Positions 1-14,234 of a stretch of 64,000 nt of DNA are shown piece after piece (the first letter of the stretch is position 1; each line of letters starts with the position of its first letter). The notes beneath the pieces were generated by a model, which had not been told where the DNA came from, did no database searches, and saw only the letters and a program-made list of their open reading frames with translations. The stretch covers positions 806,001 through 870,000 of the forward strand of contig MU057719.1 in assembly GCA_013265495.1 (NCBI GenBank). Direction: 5' to 3'. The translations under genes and the position numbers were made by a program. The DNA comes from Vicugna vicugna. Its lineage: Eukaryota.

Positions 1-2470
1 GGTGACACCGCTCTCTCCGGGCGGCGCGGCGGGGAGGCAGACATGGGAGCGAGGCCTCTCCGTGGGCACCTGGCTTTATGCCTTTGACTTTGGAACCAAA
101 TGTTTTCTACGGTTAAAAAGCAAAGTTGAATCGGTTTTTTTAAAAAGAAAGTAAAATTTTAAAATAATTTAGAAAATAAAATAACCAAAAATAAAAAGAA
201 TACCATTTGTTAGAAGAAGGGCACCGACAGACTTGCTCAACTCAGGGTTGCCTCAAACCTTCAATTTGTAAAAACATTGTGTCTCTGAAGCACAGTGAAG
301 TGAGTGCAATCAAACAAGTTACGCACAGGATAATCACGTGTGTTACAATGAAGAGCATAGCGGTGCCCAAAAGGGAAAGTAAAAGCCAACTGGAGTAAAC
401 GAAGCTGAGCGCCCAGGCGGTGGAAGGAAACGGCGCCGAGAATTATTTCAGGTGACTCTGAAACCGGCTTTTTACTAGGTGTCCCTAAGGCGATGAGAAA
501 GAAAGAGTAACAGATCCGCACCTAATTCCACTCCGTAAACGCCCAGCAAGGACGGTGGTTACGCACAGTGGGGAGAGCAAACAGGTAATGAAGTGTATGT
601 CATTAGGAAACAAAATTTTCCCTGCAGAAGTCACAGAGACCTCACATTTTAACAAGTAAAAACCCTTTCATCTCGAATTTTAAGTGGAACTATCAGTATG
701 ACCTCATGTCCATTGTTCTCTTCCTTAAAAAAAAAATTTAAGTCTTTCTTAGCTCTGGTCACTGAAAATGCCTGGAACCAATGGAAACCCGAGAGCAGCC
801 AGACCCCTGGTGCCCAGACAGTGTCCTCCACAACTCACTTCCCACCAGGAGAGCGGGGGGCCCAGGGGGACGGCAGGTCCCAGGACTGCAGCCAGGTGAG
901 CTGGGATAGCTTGTGCCTGAAAGCAACACGTGTCAAGGATTGCTGGGGTCCCATCAAAATGATGCGCAAGTCGGCTTAGAGGGACCTGCCACCCTGCGTT
1001 CCCAGCGGGATCACTTGCGAACATCAAAAAGAGTAATGACAGTGGTGGACCGAGACACACCAGGTACGTGGAAACCAGTGAGGGCACGGTGCTGTTGTAA
1101 AACAGCCACAGACCTCTGGAGGTGCCAGCTGGTTCTGAGAACTGACAACACTGAGAGCTGAGCATCTGTGCCCCTCTGCTGCGACTGCCTGTTGCTGTCC
1201 CCACAGAGGTGACAGGGAAAGTTCTCTGGAGAAGAACCGAGCTCATCCATGCAGGAGAAATGACTGCATTTGAAAAGTCACCATTTGTGACCCGTAATGA
1301 AATAGCAGATCTAGGCAAAGACTCCCGCTGGCTGCCGGAAGGGCAAGGTGGGGGCCGACGGGGGACTCCACGTGGGAGAGTGGGGCTGCCGGCCGCTGAG
1401 CCCCTGGTTAATGTCAACATCAGGGCCAGAGGGACGGCCGTCTTGGGGCCCTGAGAGTGATGTGAGAGGAAGGCAGGGTCGACGACAAAACCATGACAGA
1501 GGAGGACGTGAAATGCTGCCAGAGGTGCAGCCAGTTCGAGTTTGCGGAGAATTCTGCAAAGTAAATGACCCAGCTTCTTCTGTAAACAACATGGGGCAGG
1601 GAAGTGGGGCGCACGAGGGGAACTGAACTCTTCTGCAGGCAAAGGCGCTGAGCACAGCTGGATGCTGATTCGAACAAATCAGCTGTAAAAAGACATTTTG
1701 GAGATGATTGATGGGGTTTTTTTTTAAAGGTCTTCACCTGTCAGATTTTGCACTGAAATATTTATGAGTAAAATGATGTGCCTTGGGGTTTCCTTTCAGG
1801 AACTCAATCGCCCCCACCATGCTATTCCCCTGCAAAAAAAAAAAAATGGGGGGAAGGGGAGATTGGGGAAAGGTGTGCTGGAACCAGCAAGCACTGGTGT
1901 GAGCGGTGGTCATGAACCATCCAGGGATCCACCAAGCCAGTCACTGAACCTTGGCAGCTTGAAATGGGCCACAGTGAAGTATTTCCACTGCGAACACCAG
2001 CAGATGCTACAAGCCAGGGTGCTTTTATTCTAAGAACTGTTACATCGGCACCCGGACAGGCGGATGGAAATCTCACAAGAGCACCGCCGGCGACAGCAGG
2101 GTTCACTTTCTCTACCTCGTGTCTGTTCAGCATTTTCCACAGAAGTTTACGAAGGCCACATCCTTAGGCCTAGAAATCCCGCTTCTCAGAATCGATCCGG
2201 GAAACGTCATTGAAGTCGGCCCTGCAACCCAAGTGGATCCAGTGTTGAGCTACAAAAGCATTTATTAAAATGTTTGCGTAAGTTTTTTTTTTTCATGTAA
2301 ACAGCCTATCAAAAAGAAGTTGGTTTTCAGTCTTGAGTGATGAAACAGTTCTGGAAATCGGTTGCAAACAATGTGGATACACTTAACACCACTGAATCAT
2401 ACACTTAAAAAATGGTGAAGATGGCAAACGTCATGTGGTGTGTCTTTTACTGGCAATTTAACATTTTAAG
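1..2470 (+). mobile_element. Patchwork of ancient L1M (L1MB/L1MC/L1ME-like) 3'-UTR fragments in the long FAM163B 5' intron
   Basis: AT-richer than the rest of the window. 2330-2470 (gatgaaacagttctggaaatcggttgcaaacaatgtggatacacttaacaccactgaatcatacacttaaaaaatggtgaagatggcaaa) resembles the classic L1MB 3' end; 1240-1620 and 1740-2140 resemble L1MC-type 3' UTR segments. Subfamilies and boundaries are recalled and approximate. Confidence 0.6.
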
Positions 2471-2822
2471 AGAAAAGGGATCGGTTATGTTATAAAATGG
2501 AAGGTGGTTTGAAATTATGTTGCAGAAGAAAATTGAATGATAAGGATAAATAAGGACCATCTTGTTAGGCGGAAAAGCAGGTTGCAAACCCGTAGGTTCA
2601 GCCTGGCGGCACCTGGGTGAATTTTACAGAGCGTGAGCTCGCCGAACCAGCTGGGGGTCTCCTGCCCACCCTCAGGCCCAGCCCCTGCCTCCCACACGCG
2701 TGCCCTGGGGTATTTTGTTTTCCCTTTTGGGGTGTTCCTTCGACTTCCTAAACGAGAGCAGCTTCTCTCTGGGCTGAGGTAATGATGCCGTGAGGCCGGT
2801 GGTGTGTGTTGCAGGCTGTTGA

Positions 2823-3239
<417 letters not shown>

Positions 3240-3384
3240 TAGGGCTGTCCTAGGCCCCCATGTCTTCCTGACAGAGAAGGGGAAGCCGCATGGGCAGGGC
3301 AAGGCAGCCCAGCCCGGGGCCCGTGAACCAGGCGGTGGCCAGACTGCCTGGGCTGGCATCCCAGCTCTGCCGCTTCCAGGCTGC

Positions 3385-3480
3385 CTGAGCCCCGAGCCTC
3401 AGTTTCCTGGCCTGCAAAATGGAGCTGTTAGTCGCACCTGCTTCCAGGAGCTGTGGGATGAAATGAGAGAATCCCTCATC
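3385..3480 (+). mobile_element. MIR SINE fragment
   Basis: MIR core gcctcagtttcctggcctgcaaaatggag...gatgaaatgaga. Confidence 0.65.
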
Positions 3481-3643
3481 TAGGGACCCCAGGAATCCGG
3501 GGTGCCCAGCCTGAGCAAGCTCCAGGACGGGGTGGTTAGAAGGACACGGGGTCCGAGCTGGGTGCGCCGGGCCCCCTCTGGGTGCCGCGCGCGGTGAGGG
3601 TGAGTGGGTGGGGAGCTGGGGATCACCGGCCCTCTGCCCTCAG

Positions 3644-4045
3644 TACTACTGCTGCAAGAAGGACGAGTCGGAGGAGGACGAGGAGGAGCCGGACTTNNNN
3701 NNNNNNNNNNNNNNNNNNNNNNNNNNNNNNNNNNNNNNNNNNNNNNNNNNNNNNNNNNNNNNNNNNNNNNNNNNNNNNNNNNNNNNNNNNNNNNNNNNNN
3801 NNNNNNNNNNNNNNNNNNNNNNNNNNNNNNNNNNNNNNNNNNNNNNNNNNNNCTTCCTCCTGCAGGAGCCTGAGGACGAGGGCGTGCGCAACGGCGGGGA
3901 GCGCGTCGCCTACCGGAGCCTCAGCCAGGAGGACGTGGAGCTGCAGCCCGGGAGCTTCGGGGCCCTGCAGGCCCTCAACCCCAACCGCCTCTCGGCCATG
4001 CGGGAGGCCTTCTCCCGGAGCCGTAGCATCAGCACCGACGTCTGA
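3644..4045 (+). CDS. FAM163B: FAM163B last coding exon (YYCCKKDESEEDEEEPD...SRSRSISTDV*), containing a 156-nt N gap
   Basis: Acceptor cctcag|TAC at 3642-3644; both flanks of the gap (3697-3852) are in the same frame and match FAM163B; TGA at 4043-4045. Confidence 0.94.
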   Translation, partial: YYCCKKDESEEDEEEPDXXXXXXXXXXXXXXXXXXXXXXXXXXXXXXXXXXXXXXXXXXXXXXXXXXXXXFLLQEPEDEGVRNGGERVAYRSLSQEDVELQPGSFGALQALNPNRLSAMREAFSRSRSISTDV

Positions 4046-5777
4046 GAGCGCCCCCAGCCGCCGACAGGTCCTGAGACCATGGTGGGGTCTCGACGGCACA
4101 TCAGCCTGGCCCCAGGCGGCCTGGACCGGGGCTTGGCCCAGCTTTCCTTGCATCCCCATCATCGCGGGGGCCCTGTTGGGGAGCCCGGGGGCTCTCAGCA
4201 GGGATAAGGTCTGGTGAATGCTAGCGTGGCCGCCCGGGGCCTGGTCTGGAAGGGAGGCAGGTGTGATGCAAGCACAGGTGAGCGGCAGCATCCAGGTGAG
4301 AGGCTGCAGAGCGAGGTAGGGCTCTGCAGCGTAGACGCCAGGCTCCTGGCGCCAATGCCGCCATTCAGTAAAGGGGCAGTGGAGGGTGGCCTCGGTCTCA
4401 GCCCCAGGAACTTGGCCATCTGGCGGCACGGCCTGGCCACATCACTCCCTCTCGAGGCCTCGGTCTACCTACCTGTTCAAGGAAGGGATGGCAGCCATGA
4501 CGCTAGGGCCCTGCAGCACAAGCCTTGCCTGGCCATCAGGGACCGGGTGTTCGATCCCAGATCGGAGCCTCTGTGCCCCCTCCCCCAGCCCCTCCCACAC
4601 ACACCCTGGCTTCAGGTGCCAGGCAGCCAAAACACTGGTTGAGCTGGCCTCCCGGCAGGTCCCCCTAGAGAGTTTCCAGGCGGCTGGTCCTTTGGGAATG
4701 TGCAGCCCCAACTGGTGAAAAAAGAGGTTAAGAGGAGGCCGTGGGCTGACCCCCTGCTTCAGGAGTGACCACCCTAAAACACACAGGAGTGACCAGTCCT
4801 CAGCCCTGATGTGGTCAGGCACACAGAGCCCCGGGCCAGGGGCTGAAAGGCCCCCGAGCTCCCCGCGAGACCTGGGGTGGGCCGTCGCACCCCTGGGCCT
4901 CAGCCTCTGGGAGCCCTTCTGCTCTGGTCCCCAGGGTGACAGACCCAAGCTCTCCTACCTGCCTGGTTGCTCCCAGGAGGACCTGGGAGCAAGGCCTCAG
5001 GCCGCCCCTTCCCCCCTCCACCTCCACGTGAAGACCTCAGCTGAGCCCACCGTCCACCACGCTCCTAGCAGGGCTCGGGGGTCCCTCCATCCGGCCAGAG
5101 AAATGCTCCAAACCCAGGGGCACCTGCCATGGGGAGTGCAGCCCCCCACCGAGGTGCCCTTTCCTGTCTCTGCAGCATGGCACCCAGAGCCCCCTGTGCC
5201 CTCCTGGGCTTCCTCTGCCTTTGGGCCTGGCCATGGAGCCCCCCACCCCGGTGAGGCAGCCCCACGTCTGCCCAGGAAGACGGACAAGCTCCCAGCTAAG
5301 ACACCCCCTGAAAGATAAGCTTTTAGGGCAAGCGGCTGTCCCTAATCCGTGAGCAGCCCTGACCGCCTTCCAGCTCTTTCTTGAAAGTGCCACTGAGCTG
5401 AGACTCGGGCGTGAGCGGAGTGAGGGAGACTTACTATTTTTAGCAGTCTCAATTTTTTCCCCCTCTTCTTCCTTTCTCCTGCCTCAGTTTGGACTCGCTA
5501 ATGGGATTCATCCCCAAGCTTCCCCTCCCTTTGTCAGACCCCATGAGTCTGTTTCTGACGCATTAGCTTGGGGGGTGGGCGGGGGTGGGGGCGAGGGCCT
5601 GGAGGTGGCACTTCTGTGGCTGTTCTGTCTGGTTTCCTCTTTCCTTTTCTGGGCTCTGGCCTCTGTATAGATTCCTACGTCCTTTTGACATGAACACGCA
5701 CCCGTCCATCTGAGGTCACTCAGCTCCACCGTGGGGACCTACGGGGAGCTGCCTGCTCCCTGACAAAATCGAGAGCC

Positions 5778-5783
5778 AATAAA
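5778..5783 (+). terminator. Probable FAM163B poly(A) signal (3' UTR ~1.75 kb)
   Basis: First AATAAA I found downstream of the FAM163B stop codon. Confidence 0.6.
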
Positions 5784-6099
5784 ACCCCTGTCGGACACCA
5801 CACACTGTCTTCAGTCAGCCGGGATCCGAGCCAACCCAGACCCCTCTCCGGAACTCCCTGGGAGGGGCCGTGTCCAGCCGCACCCCAGGCAGAGTGGGTC
5901 ATTCCTCTCCTGTCCAGCCGTGGGGGTCAGGGCTCCTCCCAGAGGGGCCAGCCACAGCCACGTTTGCTTTTGAGTTTCCTGGAGTGCCTGGGTTGACCTT
6001 CCAAGATTAGGAATCACTGGCCTAAACCCGGAGCGCCTGGACAGCATGATGTGGGGGATGGGCTGAGCCACCTGGGGCAAGGGACAGACCTCTCTGGGC

Positions 6100-6230
6100 C
6101 TCAGTCTTAACCTCCACACAATGGGTGACAACGATACTGACTCATGGGGCTCCTAGGAGGATTGCACGAGGCAGCGCTGGTAAAGCGCTGGGCACAGACC
6201 CTGGCACACAGTAGCGCACAGTAAGCGTCA
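6100..6230 (+). mobile_element. MIR SINE 3' half
   Basis: gactcatggggctcctagggaggattgcacgag...taaagcgctgggcacagaccctggcacacagtagcgc matches the MIR 3' portion. Confidence 0.6.
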
Positions 6231-7227
6231 GCAGAGAGGAGGGGGAGGAAGGTCGTAGGCAGGAAGGAGATGGGAGTGGGGAGGGGGTAACAGGGCACCA
6301 TGGCGGGGTGGTCAGGGGGCCCAGACCCCTGGATCTCGGTGACCCACCTCTACTGGAACCAAGCCGCTGACCTCGAGGGAGCCACCCCAGGGCCTCAGCC
6401 AACCTGCAGTGCTGCTCAGCCAACTGCCGCGCTGTGGATTCCACCCTGAGCACTGCGGTGGGCCCTGCTCTGGTCCCTGTCTGGGGACAGGCTGGCTCCA
6501 AACCCCGGGGAAGCAGCCAGGCAGCCACTTGCCCCTCCTCCCTGTCCCCAAAGGAGACCCCCTGTGGCAGCCTCGGCCCTGCACTGGTCTGCTGTCCTGC
6601 AGTGGGTGGACAGCCATGTCCTCCCTCCTCTGCTGCAGCCAAACCAGGGTGCTTTGGGCATCCTTGACTCCCACCCCCGCCCCAAAGCTTTCTTTTTCTA
6701 TGCACTCTTCCCCTCTTTCAGAACCACGCCTGCTGCTGGACTGCCCTAAACGTCGCCTTCCCCAGGAAGCCCTCCCGTGTCCCCGCACCCCCAAGTCCAG
6801 GTTAGGCAGCCCTTCTAAGAAACAGTAATGATGGGCGTTCTCTGCGCACTCGGCACGGGCCCTCCTGCCCTGCCTGCCTCGCCTCCTCTGCTCTCCCCAG
6901 CACACCCCAAGGTTCGGGTGACGGCGCCCCAGCCCAGCTGAGAGGAGCAAGACTGGCTCAGCTCTGACTCCAGCGCCCGAGTCCTGACGGCCCTGAGCCC
7001 CCACCCCCAGCTGCCCAGGCTTCCTCGCCTTCTGTCTGCTTTCCCCTGCCTGCCGTTTCCGCATTGCCGCCCGGCCCCCAGCCCCACTCGGTCCTGGACC
7101 CAAGGCCTCAGCGGAGTCTCCCGAATGGCCGAGCGGGACGGCCACCCCGGCTCTCGCAGCCCCACGGCCGCCCACCCCTCCTGGCAGAGCCCCGGAGAGC
7201 CCACAGTGTCACCATAAATACGGCCAC

Positions 7228-7233
7228 TTTATT
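7228..7233 (-). terminator. ADAMTSL2 poly(A) signal (3' UTR ~0.5 kb)
   Basis: tttatt on + = AATAAA on -, ~490 nt after the ADAMTSL2 stop, with GT-rich sequence downstream on the - strand. Confidence 0.8.
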
Positions 7234-7717
7234 AACATACAGAGAGTACTGACGCACGACGGCACGGCCACGCGTGCCGTGAGAAACATGCCTCTTCCCG
7301 GGCGTAAAGTGCGGTGGGTCCCTGCGTGCCAAGAGCTTCGTGTCGGGGAGGCGAACGATGCTAAACCGTGAGATTAAAATTCCTCTGGGAGGAGCGCACC
7401 TGCACAGGAGCAGGACCCCGGCGGCCCCTGAGCTCCCTGGCTGCCCCTCCCCCAGCCCTGGAGGGAGAGACGACGTCTCCAGGCCCCTGGGTGGGGCTGG
7501 GTGCCCAGGGAGGAACCACAAACGTGCCATCCTCATGGCTGTGTCCCAGGAGGGCTGGTGGGCGCTCTCGGGGGCTCTCCTACCCGGGGAGAGCAGAGGC
7601 TCAGTGTCACGTCTTCACAGCTGGGCGCCCTGCAGGAAGGGTGTCCGTGGAAGGGCCCCAGGAGCTGCTGCGGCCCCAGGGATGGGGTGCTCGGTCTCTG
7701 AGGGGCGGCTGCCGGGC

Positions 7718-7836
7718 CTAGGAGTGGGGGGGCCTGCAGGAGCGGCAGCACGCCTTGCTGTAGTACCAGTGGCCGCAGAGGTTCACCTTGATGGCCAGGG
7801 CGCAGTTGGTGCCTGGCTGGTCCTGGCAGCTGTCGT
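7718..7836 (-). CDS. ADAMTSL2: ADAMTSL2 exon 19 (PLAC domain end, [11 protein letters not shown]...CRPPHS*)
   Basis: Acceptor cccag| at 7838-7837; 119 nt; TAG at 7720-7718. Confidence 0.97.
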
Positions 7837-8523
7837 CTGGGAAAGGGACACGGCCAGTGGGGCAGGGCATTGGGAGGGGGTCAAGCGGTGAAAACTCAAC
7901 AGGGCCCCCGCCCACCCCATCCCCCCATCCGCTCTCCCACTGGAGAGGGGGCTCCAGACAACCTCCCTACCACCCTTTTCCTGCCCCTGGCCCTCTCTGG
8001 GGATGTCACAAACCCTTCCAAGGAGTTTGAACTGCGCACAGGAAGGGTACTGCTCAGAAGCCAGAGTTTGGAGGAGCCACTGGTCCCATCCCCAGAAGCC
8101 TGTGCTCCTCTCCGCAACAGGCCGGAAGCAGAGTTCATCGCCCACCCCTGGTGCCCCTTCCCCTCCGAGCTTAGCACCCTCACGCACCTTCCAGGTGCTC
8201 GAGCCAGAGACCCTGCCTCAGCCCCTCCCCTCCCCTTCTGCGTGCCCAGCACCGAGCTGTTCAGGCTGAGTCGTCCTGGTCCCCTGCCCCACCGTTGTTC
8301 CCCACCCTTCTGAAACCAGATGCTCTTTCCAAAGTGCAGGCCTCGGCATGGCTCCAGGGACCCCAAGTGTGGGGCGGATCGCACGTGTCGCCCTTCCCCC
8401 CCCCCCCGCTGGGCTCAGCTGTTCCAGGAGGGGACCTGTGCTCCCCAACGACGCGCCTCAGTCTCTGGAGCCACTGGACCCTCCCCAGCCCCCGGCTAAC
8501 CCCAGCTCAGCCTTCAAACCCTA

Positions 8524-8991
<468 letters not shown>

Positions 8992-10931
8992 TCAGGACGC
9001 ACGGGGCCGTGGCTGAGGGAGAGCGCTGGTTCCCCACTCCGCTAAAATGCTGTGTTTGTTGTAAGCCAATTACGTGTATCTTCCAAAGCCACCAACCCCA
9101 CCCATGGCTCCCCCGTCCAGATGTTCCCCTTGGAAAACCCCGCTGAGCTTCCCAGGACACCAGGGACATCTGCTGACCCCAGTTACCCTACCACCCTCCT
9201 GCCAAGATTCTACAGGCGGTGGCTCCCTCTGGCTCCCCGATGTGGGTGACCCCACATCACCCAGGCATGTCTGGGACCTGAGCCCTCGGTTTCCTGAGGG
9301 AGGTGGGTGTGGGAGGCCCTAGCTCTGGGCACCCCCTCCAGTTTTGTTTGCAGAGACACAGGGAGAACTGATTAAGACTTAACAGGGAGGGCTGCCTGCC
9401 CGATGCCCGCTCCCAGTTTGCAGGGGCTGGTCCAGTCCAACAAGAGGCTGGCTCGCCACCGAGCACAGATGCCAGTCCGCCTTGGGTGGATGCCCCGAGA
9501 AGCCTCTGGCCATCCCTGACCCCCAGAGAGAACATGCATCTGGCCAGCCCTGGATCCCCTTCCTCGGTGCCTGGGTGGATGGGACAGCTGGGAGGATACA
9601 CTCTTACTGAGCCCCCATCCCAGGGAGGGGCAGCCACAGGGAAAAAGACAGCACCCCAGCCAGGAACAAAATGACGGCGCTCCACATCCCCACGGTTCAA
9701 TCACCCATCCTCCGCCCACCATCACCAGGGCAACGCAGGGCATGACCCCCCAGCGCTCCCGGGCAAGGACCACTCTGGGCCTCCCTGCTTGCTCCTGCAA
9801 AGCTGTGGCGTTGCTAAGTCGGGGTGGGGGGGGGCTTGGGGCGTGGGAGGGCGATGCGGCTAAGGAGATAGAGAGGAGACAGCGGGAACCGATAAAACTG
9901 AGGTCTAGACCTGACCTCCCCGGTGCTGTGAGAAGGCTTCAGGGATGTTAGCAGCCCCCAGGGGCCCTGGGGCCCCGCCAGAAGGCCTCCATGGGAAAGG
10001 GGGCCAAGGAGGGAAACAGCAGAAGCTAAATCAGCCCCCTTCGCTCAGCCAGAGACCTGGGGAGGGGGGAGGGCCTGCCGCCTGCTGCCCCGTCTGTGGG
10101 CCCCAGGCTGCTCCCCCTCCTCAGACCAGCCGCACGTACCCCGGGGTCTCACTGGGACGGGCTGGTTTGGGGCCTCCTTTCACCCCACCTGCTACATCCC
10201 CCAGTAGCTGCGAGTCCGCCCTCTCTCCAAACTGGGGTTTCCTCCCCGCGTGGGATGGAAAAGAGAGCCCGCTCCTCACGGGGCGGCGGGAGGAGGAAAG
10301 GAGCCTGTTGGGCAGATCGCTGGGCGGGCCCGGCCTGCCCACAGGGCCCTCGGAGCGAGAAGCGAGGGCTCTCCCCCGGCTACAGCAGAAGGAGAGATCT
10401 CGGCTCCATGTCACCCGCCAGCCCGAGGCCAGGGAGCCCTCGAACTGTGGAGGGGCTGGGCCTGTGTCAGGACAGTGGCTGCCATTCCTGCTGGCTTCCC
10501 TCTGCCCCCAGTGCACACATCCTGCTATCCCCTCTGCATCTCTAATCCTGTATCCTTGCCTTGACTCTGGATCCCAGGGCCTAGGCCATGTTTGAGTCAG
10601 CCCCGCACATCCCCAGTACCCACCTGGGATCTGTCTGTCTGTGGTGGGTGTCTGGCACACGTGCTGCCAAAGTCACGACTGAAAGGCTACAATGCCAGGC
10701 CAGAAGTGACCTGGGCCAAAAGAGGGCCAGGACAAGCAGGGCCGGGATCCCAGAGGTGAGAGCCGGGAGGGCTTTCTGGAGGAGGTGGCTCTCATACCTG
10801 CTGACTTGGGAGAGCTGAGAATCTTTCCGGGGATGGAAAGCCCTGATGGAGGCTGAGCCAGGGGTCGTGAGGAGCACTTAGGGGGCAGAGAGGAGGTACT
10901 TTGGCAGGACCAGAACTCAGGCCTGGCCTCA

Positions 10932-11270
<339 letters not shown>

Positions 11271-11299
11271 TTAGGTCAGGGGGAAATCGCTGAGAGCTC

Positions 11300-11796
11300 T
11301 TCGGCTGATAACCATTTGGCCCCAAACAGATTTGCTCAAAAGCAATTTAGCAGAAAACCATCTGTTTTGAAACAAAATGGTTAATGACAATGTGATTCAA
11401 GGTGATTTAGCTAAGGGTGAGCTGCCTGAAACAGTTGGCAGCAAGTGAGGTGGTTAAGAACTGTCTGAAACGGCAGGTTGGTGACCTTGACAGGTCCAGT
11501 GGCCCCGAGAACAAATGGACACAGGGCCAGAGGCCAAGAGCTGGGCGGCCGAGTGACCCCCCCCACCCCAGCCTGGGCTCACCTCTTCCGGGAGCAGGGG
11601 TCAGGGGACCGCTCCTGGCCCTGCGTGCGTCACTGAGCGTTCGCTACTTAGATTTGAGATGTTTTCAGCACTTTTCTTACCTCTTTGGGTTTTTTTTTTC
11701 TGTCAAATCAATGTTTTGTGAATTGTGCCATCACCAATTCCAATGAATTCCTCGTTGGACCAAGCTGTCATTCTGGCCACTTGGCTCTCAACCAAA
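11300..11796. mobile_element. Possible ancient non-autonomous DNA transposon relic (hAT-Tip100/MamTip-like) with decayed terminal inverted repeats
   Basis: AT-rich island in intron 16. Left end ttcggctgataaccatttggcc aligns with the reverse complement of the right end (tttggttgagagccaagtggcc) at about 15/22. Family call is from recall. Confidence 0.4.
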
Positions 11797-11842
11797 CGCT
11801 CCCCCAGACAGAGGGCCCTGCTGCCGGGCTCGGGACACTCAC

Positions 11843-12013
11843 CCGCTCCCAGTCCTGGGCCAGCCAGTGGGCGGGGCAGTTCTTGTCTCCACAGGGGTGG
11901 ATGGCCAGAGGCTTGGTCTCTGTCTGGCACTGAGACTCGGGCACCACCCGGCCGTCGCTGGTCTTGCAGTACACGTGTCTGATCATGCGGCCCTGCCCGC
12001 AGCTTCCACTGCA
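11843..12013 (-). CDS. ADAMTSL2: ADAMTSL2 exon 16 ([11 protein letters not shown]...WLAQDWER)
   Basis: ctgcag|TGC ... CGG|gtgagt; 171 nt. Confidence 0.97.
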
Positions 12014-12482
12014 CTGCAGGGGGCAGCCGGGGTCAGAGGCGGAGCCCTCTCCCAGGTCCCCAGACGCCATTCCCAAGAGACAAGCAGAGCCGGGGGAGGG
12101 GGAGGGTTGCCATGGCAACCACTTTCTAAAATAGCATTTTCTCTTCTAATTACAGAAATATTGCATGCACGGTGAGAAACACACAGAGGAAACACACCTA
12201 GAACACCTAAACGCCCCCAGCACCTGGAGAGGACCCCAGCGCGCATCTGAGTGTCTATCATCCAGACCGGAGGCCAGAGAGACAGACACACAGACAGGCA
12301 GGCAGGGAGCTTATAAAAGGGGATCAGATTGTGACCACTTGTTTCTGGATAAAGGTTTTGACTCCTCGTAACAACACGGAGGAAAGCCAGTCAGGTGTGC
12401 TTCCTCTACATCCTCTCCAGAAAAATGGGGAAACTGAGGCACAGCCAGAGGAAGCACCTGGGACTTACCCTCACTGGTCTCA

Positions 12483-13025
<543 letters not shown>

Positions 13026-13494
13026 TCAGCGACCCCCACCTACCCTGGCCGCCGGGACTTTATGCCCCAACTCCTCCTTCCCCTGTGAGACCCAAAGCCA
13101 CACTGAGCTAAGCCAGACAGGAAGCTGGCTGGTCCCACAGCGGAGGCTGCTGCCCTGGCGACCCCGAGCCCACTGGGAAGCCCCCAGGTGGAGGTGGGCT
13201 GCCCAGAGCCTGCACTTGGCCGGCCTGCCCAGGAACCCAGGCAGCCACCACCTGCTCTCCCTCCAGACCACCCACCTGGCCTTCCAGCCACGTAGGGGGC
13301 CAGGTCCCAGCCTTGTTCCTTTGCTGACGCCGTTCCCTCCTCCCTCCTTCCCCTCCTGCTACGGCCCCCCTTCTTCCAAGGTGGGATCATGCCCCAGTGT
13401 CCTAGGTCCCTGAGCCCCACCGTGGGGGCTCTGAGGGGAAGAGCAGACCCCCATGGCAGCACACCCAGCTTCTCACAAAGGGGCCGATGCTGGA

Positions 13495-13664
13495 TGGAGC
13501 AGAGCCCCCATCACAGAGCAGAGGCCCCACCCCGATGGAGCAGAGCACCCCACCAGTGGAGCAGAGGGCCCCCACTGGAGCAGAGCCCCCATCACGGAGC
13601 AGAGGCCCCACCCCGATGGAGCAGAGCCCCCCACCAGTGGAGAAGAGGGCCCCCGATGGAGCAG
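13495..13664. repeat. Minisatellite: eight ~20-bp monomers (consensus tggagcagagcccccacca) arranged as two ~81-bp higher-order units
   Basis: Unit 1 starts at 13495 (20+21+21+19 bp); unit 2 starts at 13576 (20+21+20+19 bp); a partial ninth monomer starts at 13656. Confidence 0.9.
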
Positions 13665-14107
13665 GCCTGGAGAAAAGAGGGTGTGTAGCTGCATTAGGGA
13701 GCAGGAAGCGCTTCCTCCTGCAGGCAGGACAGGAGGCCTGGGGGGCTAGAAAAATGAGGTCTCCCCCCACATCCCAGGGACACTGGCGGGCTATTTCAGG
13801 AATAATCCTTTTGGGCTTCTTAAAATTCTAGATGCACCCAGTAGGCCTGGGGGCGGCAGGGGCAAAGAGCCAAGTTCAGAATGATTCTCAGTCTGCTGTG
13901 GAAGACAGTGATGGAGGACCTACTGTGTGCGAGACACAGTGAAAGATTTTACTGCAAAGCGGGAAGTCACAGAAGGCCCCCTCGTCCTGCCCACAAAACC
14001 CAGTTGAAGGAACAGGATGCCAGCTCCTGCTGCTCCCCTGGGCGGGGGCAGAGCAGAGCCCCCACTCCCCACACACACCCTGCCCCGGGGCACTGGGCGG
14101 CAGGTAC

Positions 14108-14234
14108 CTGGGCTGGCACTCCCTCCCCGCGCAGAACTCCTGGACGGGCTCAGGCCTGGTCAGGGCGTCGCAGTAGCTGTCATCCACCTCAATGCCATCG
14201 TAGCGGACGCACATGGCGTAGGTCGACATGACCC
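14108..14234 (-). CDS. ADAMTSL2: ADAMTSL2 exon 13 ([14 protein letters not shown]...RECQP)
   Basis: aacccag|GG GTC ... CCC AG|gtacc; 127 nt. Confidence 0.96.

Noticed and set aside
5784-7227. Sense-antisense overlap of the convergent FAM163B and ADAMTSL2 3' UTRs
   Set aside because: The apparent poly(A) signals (5778 on + and 7233 on -) leave ~1.4 kb between the transcript ends, so the sequence does not support an overlap.
12126-12134. ctaaaatag as a MEF2 site
   Set aside because: One A/T short of the CTA(A/T)4TAG consensus.
13495-13664. CRISPR-like or coding interpretation of the repeat array (several ORFs cross it)
   Set aside because: The monomers are contiguous with no unique spacers, the context is a mammalian intron, and the open frames simply reflect an ~81-bp period without stops.
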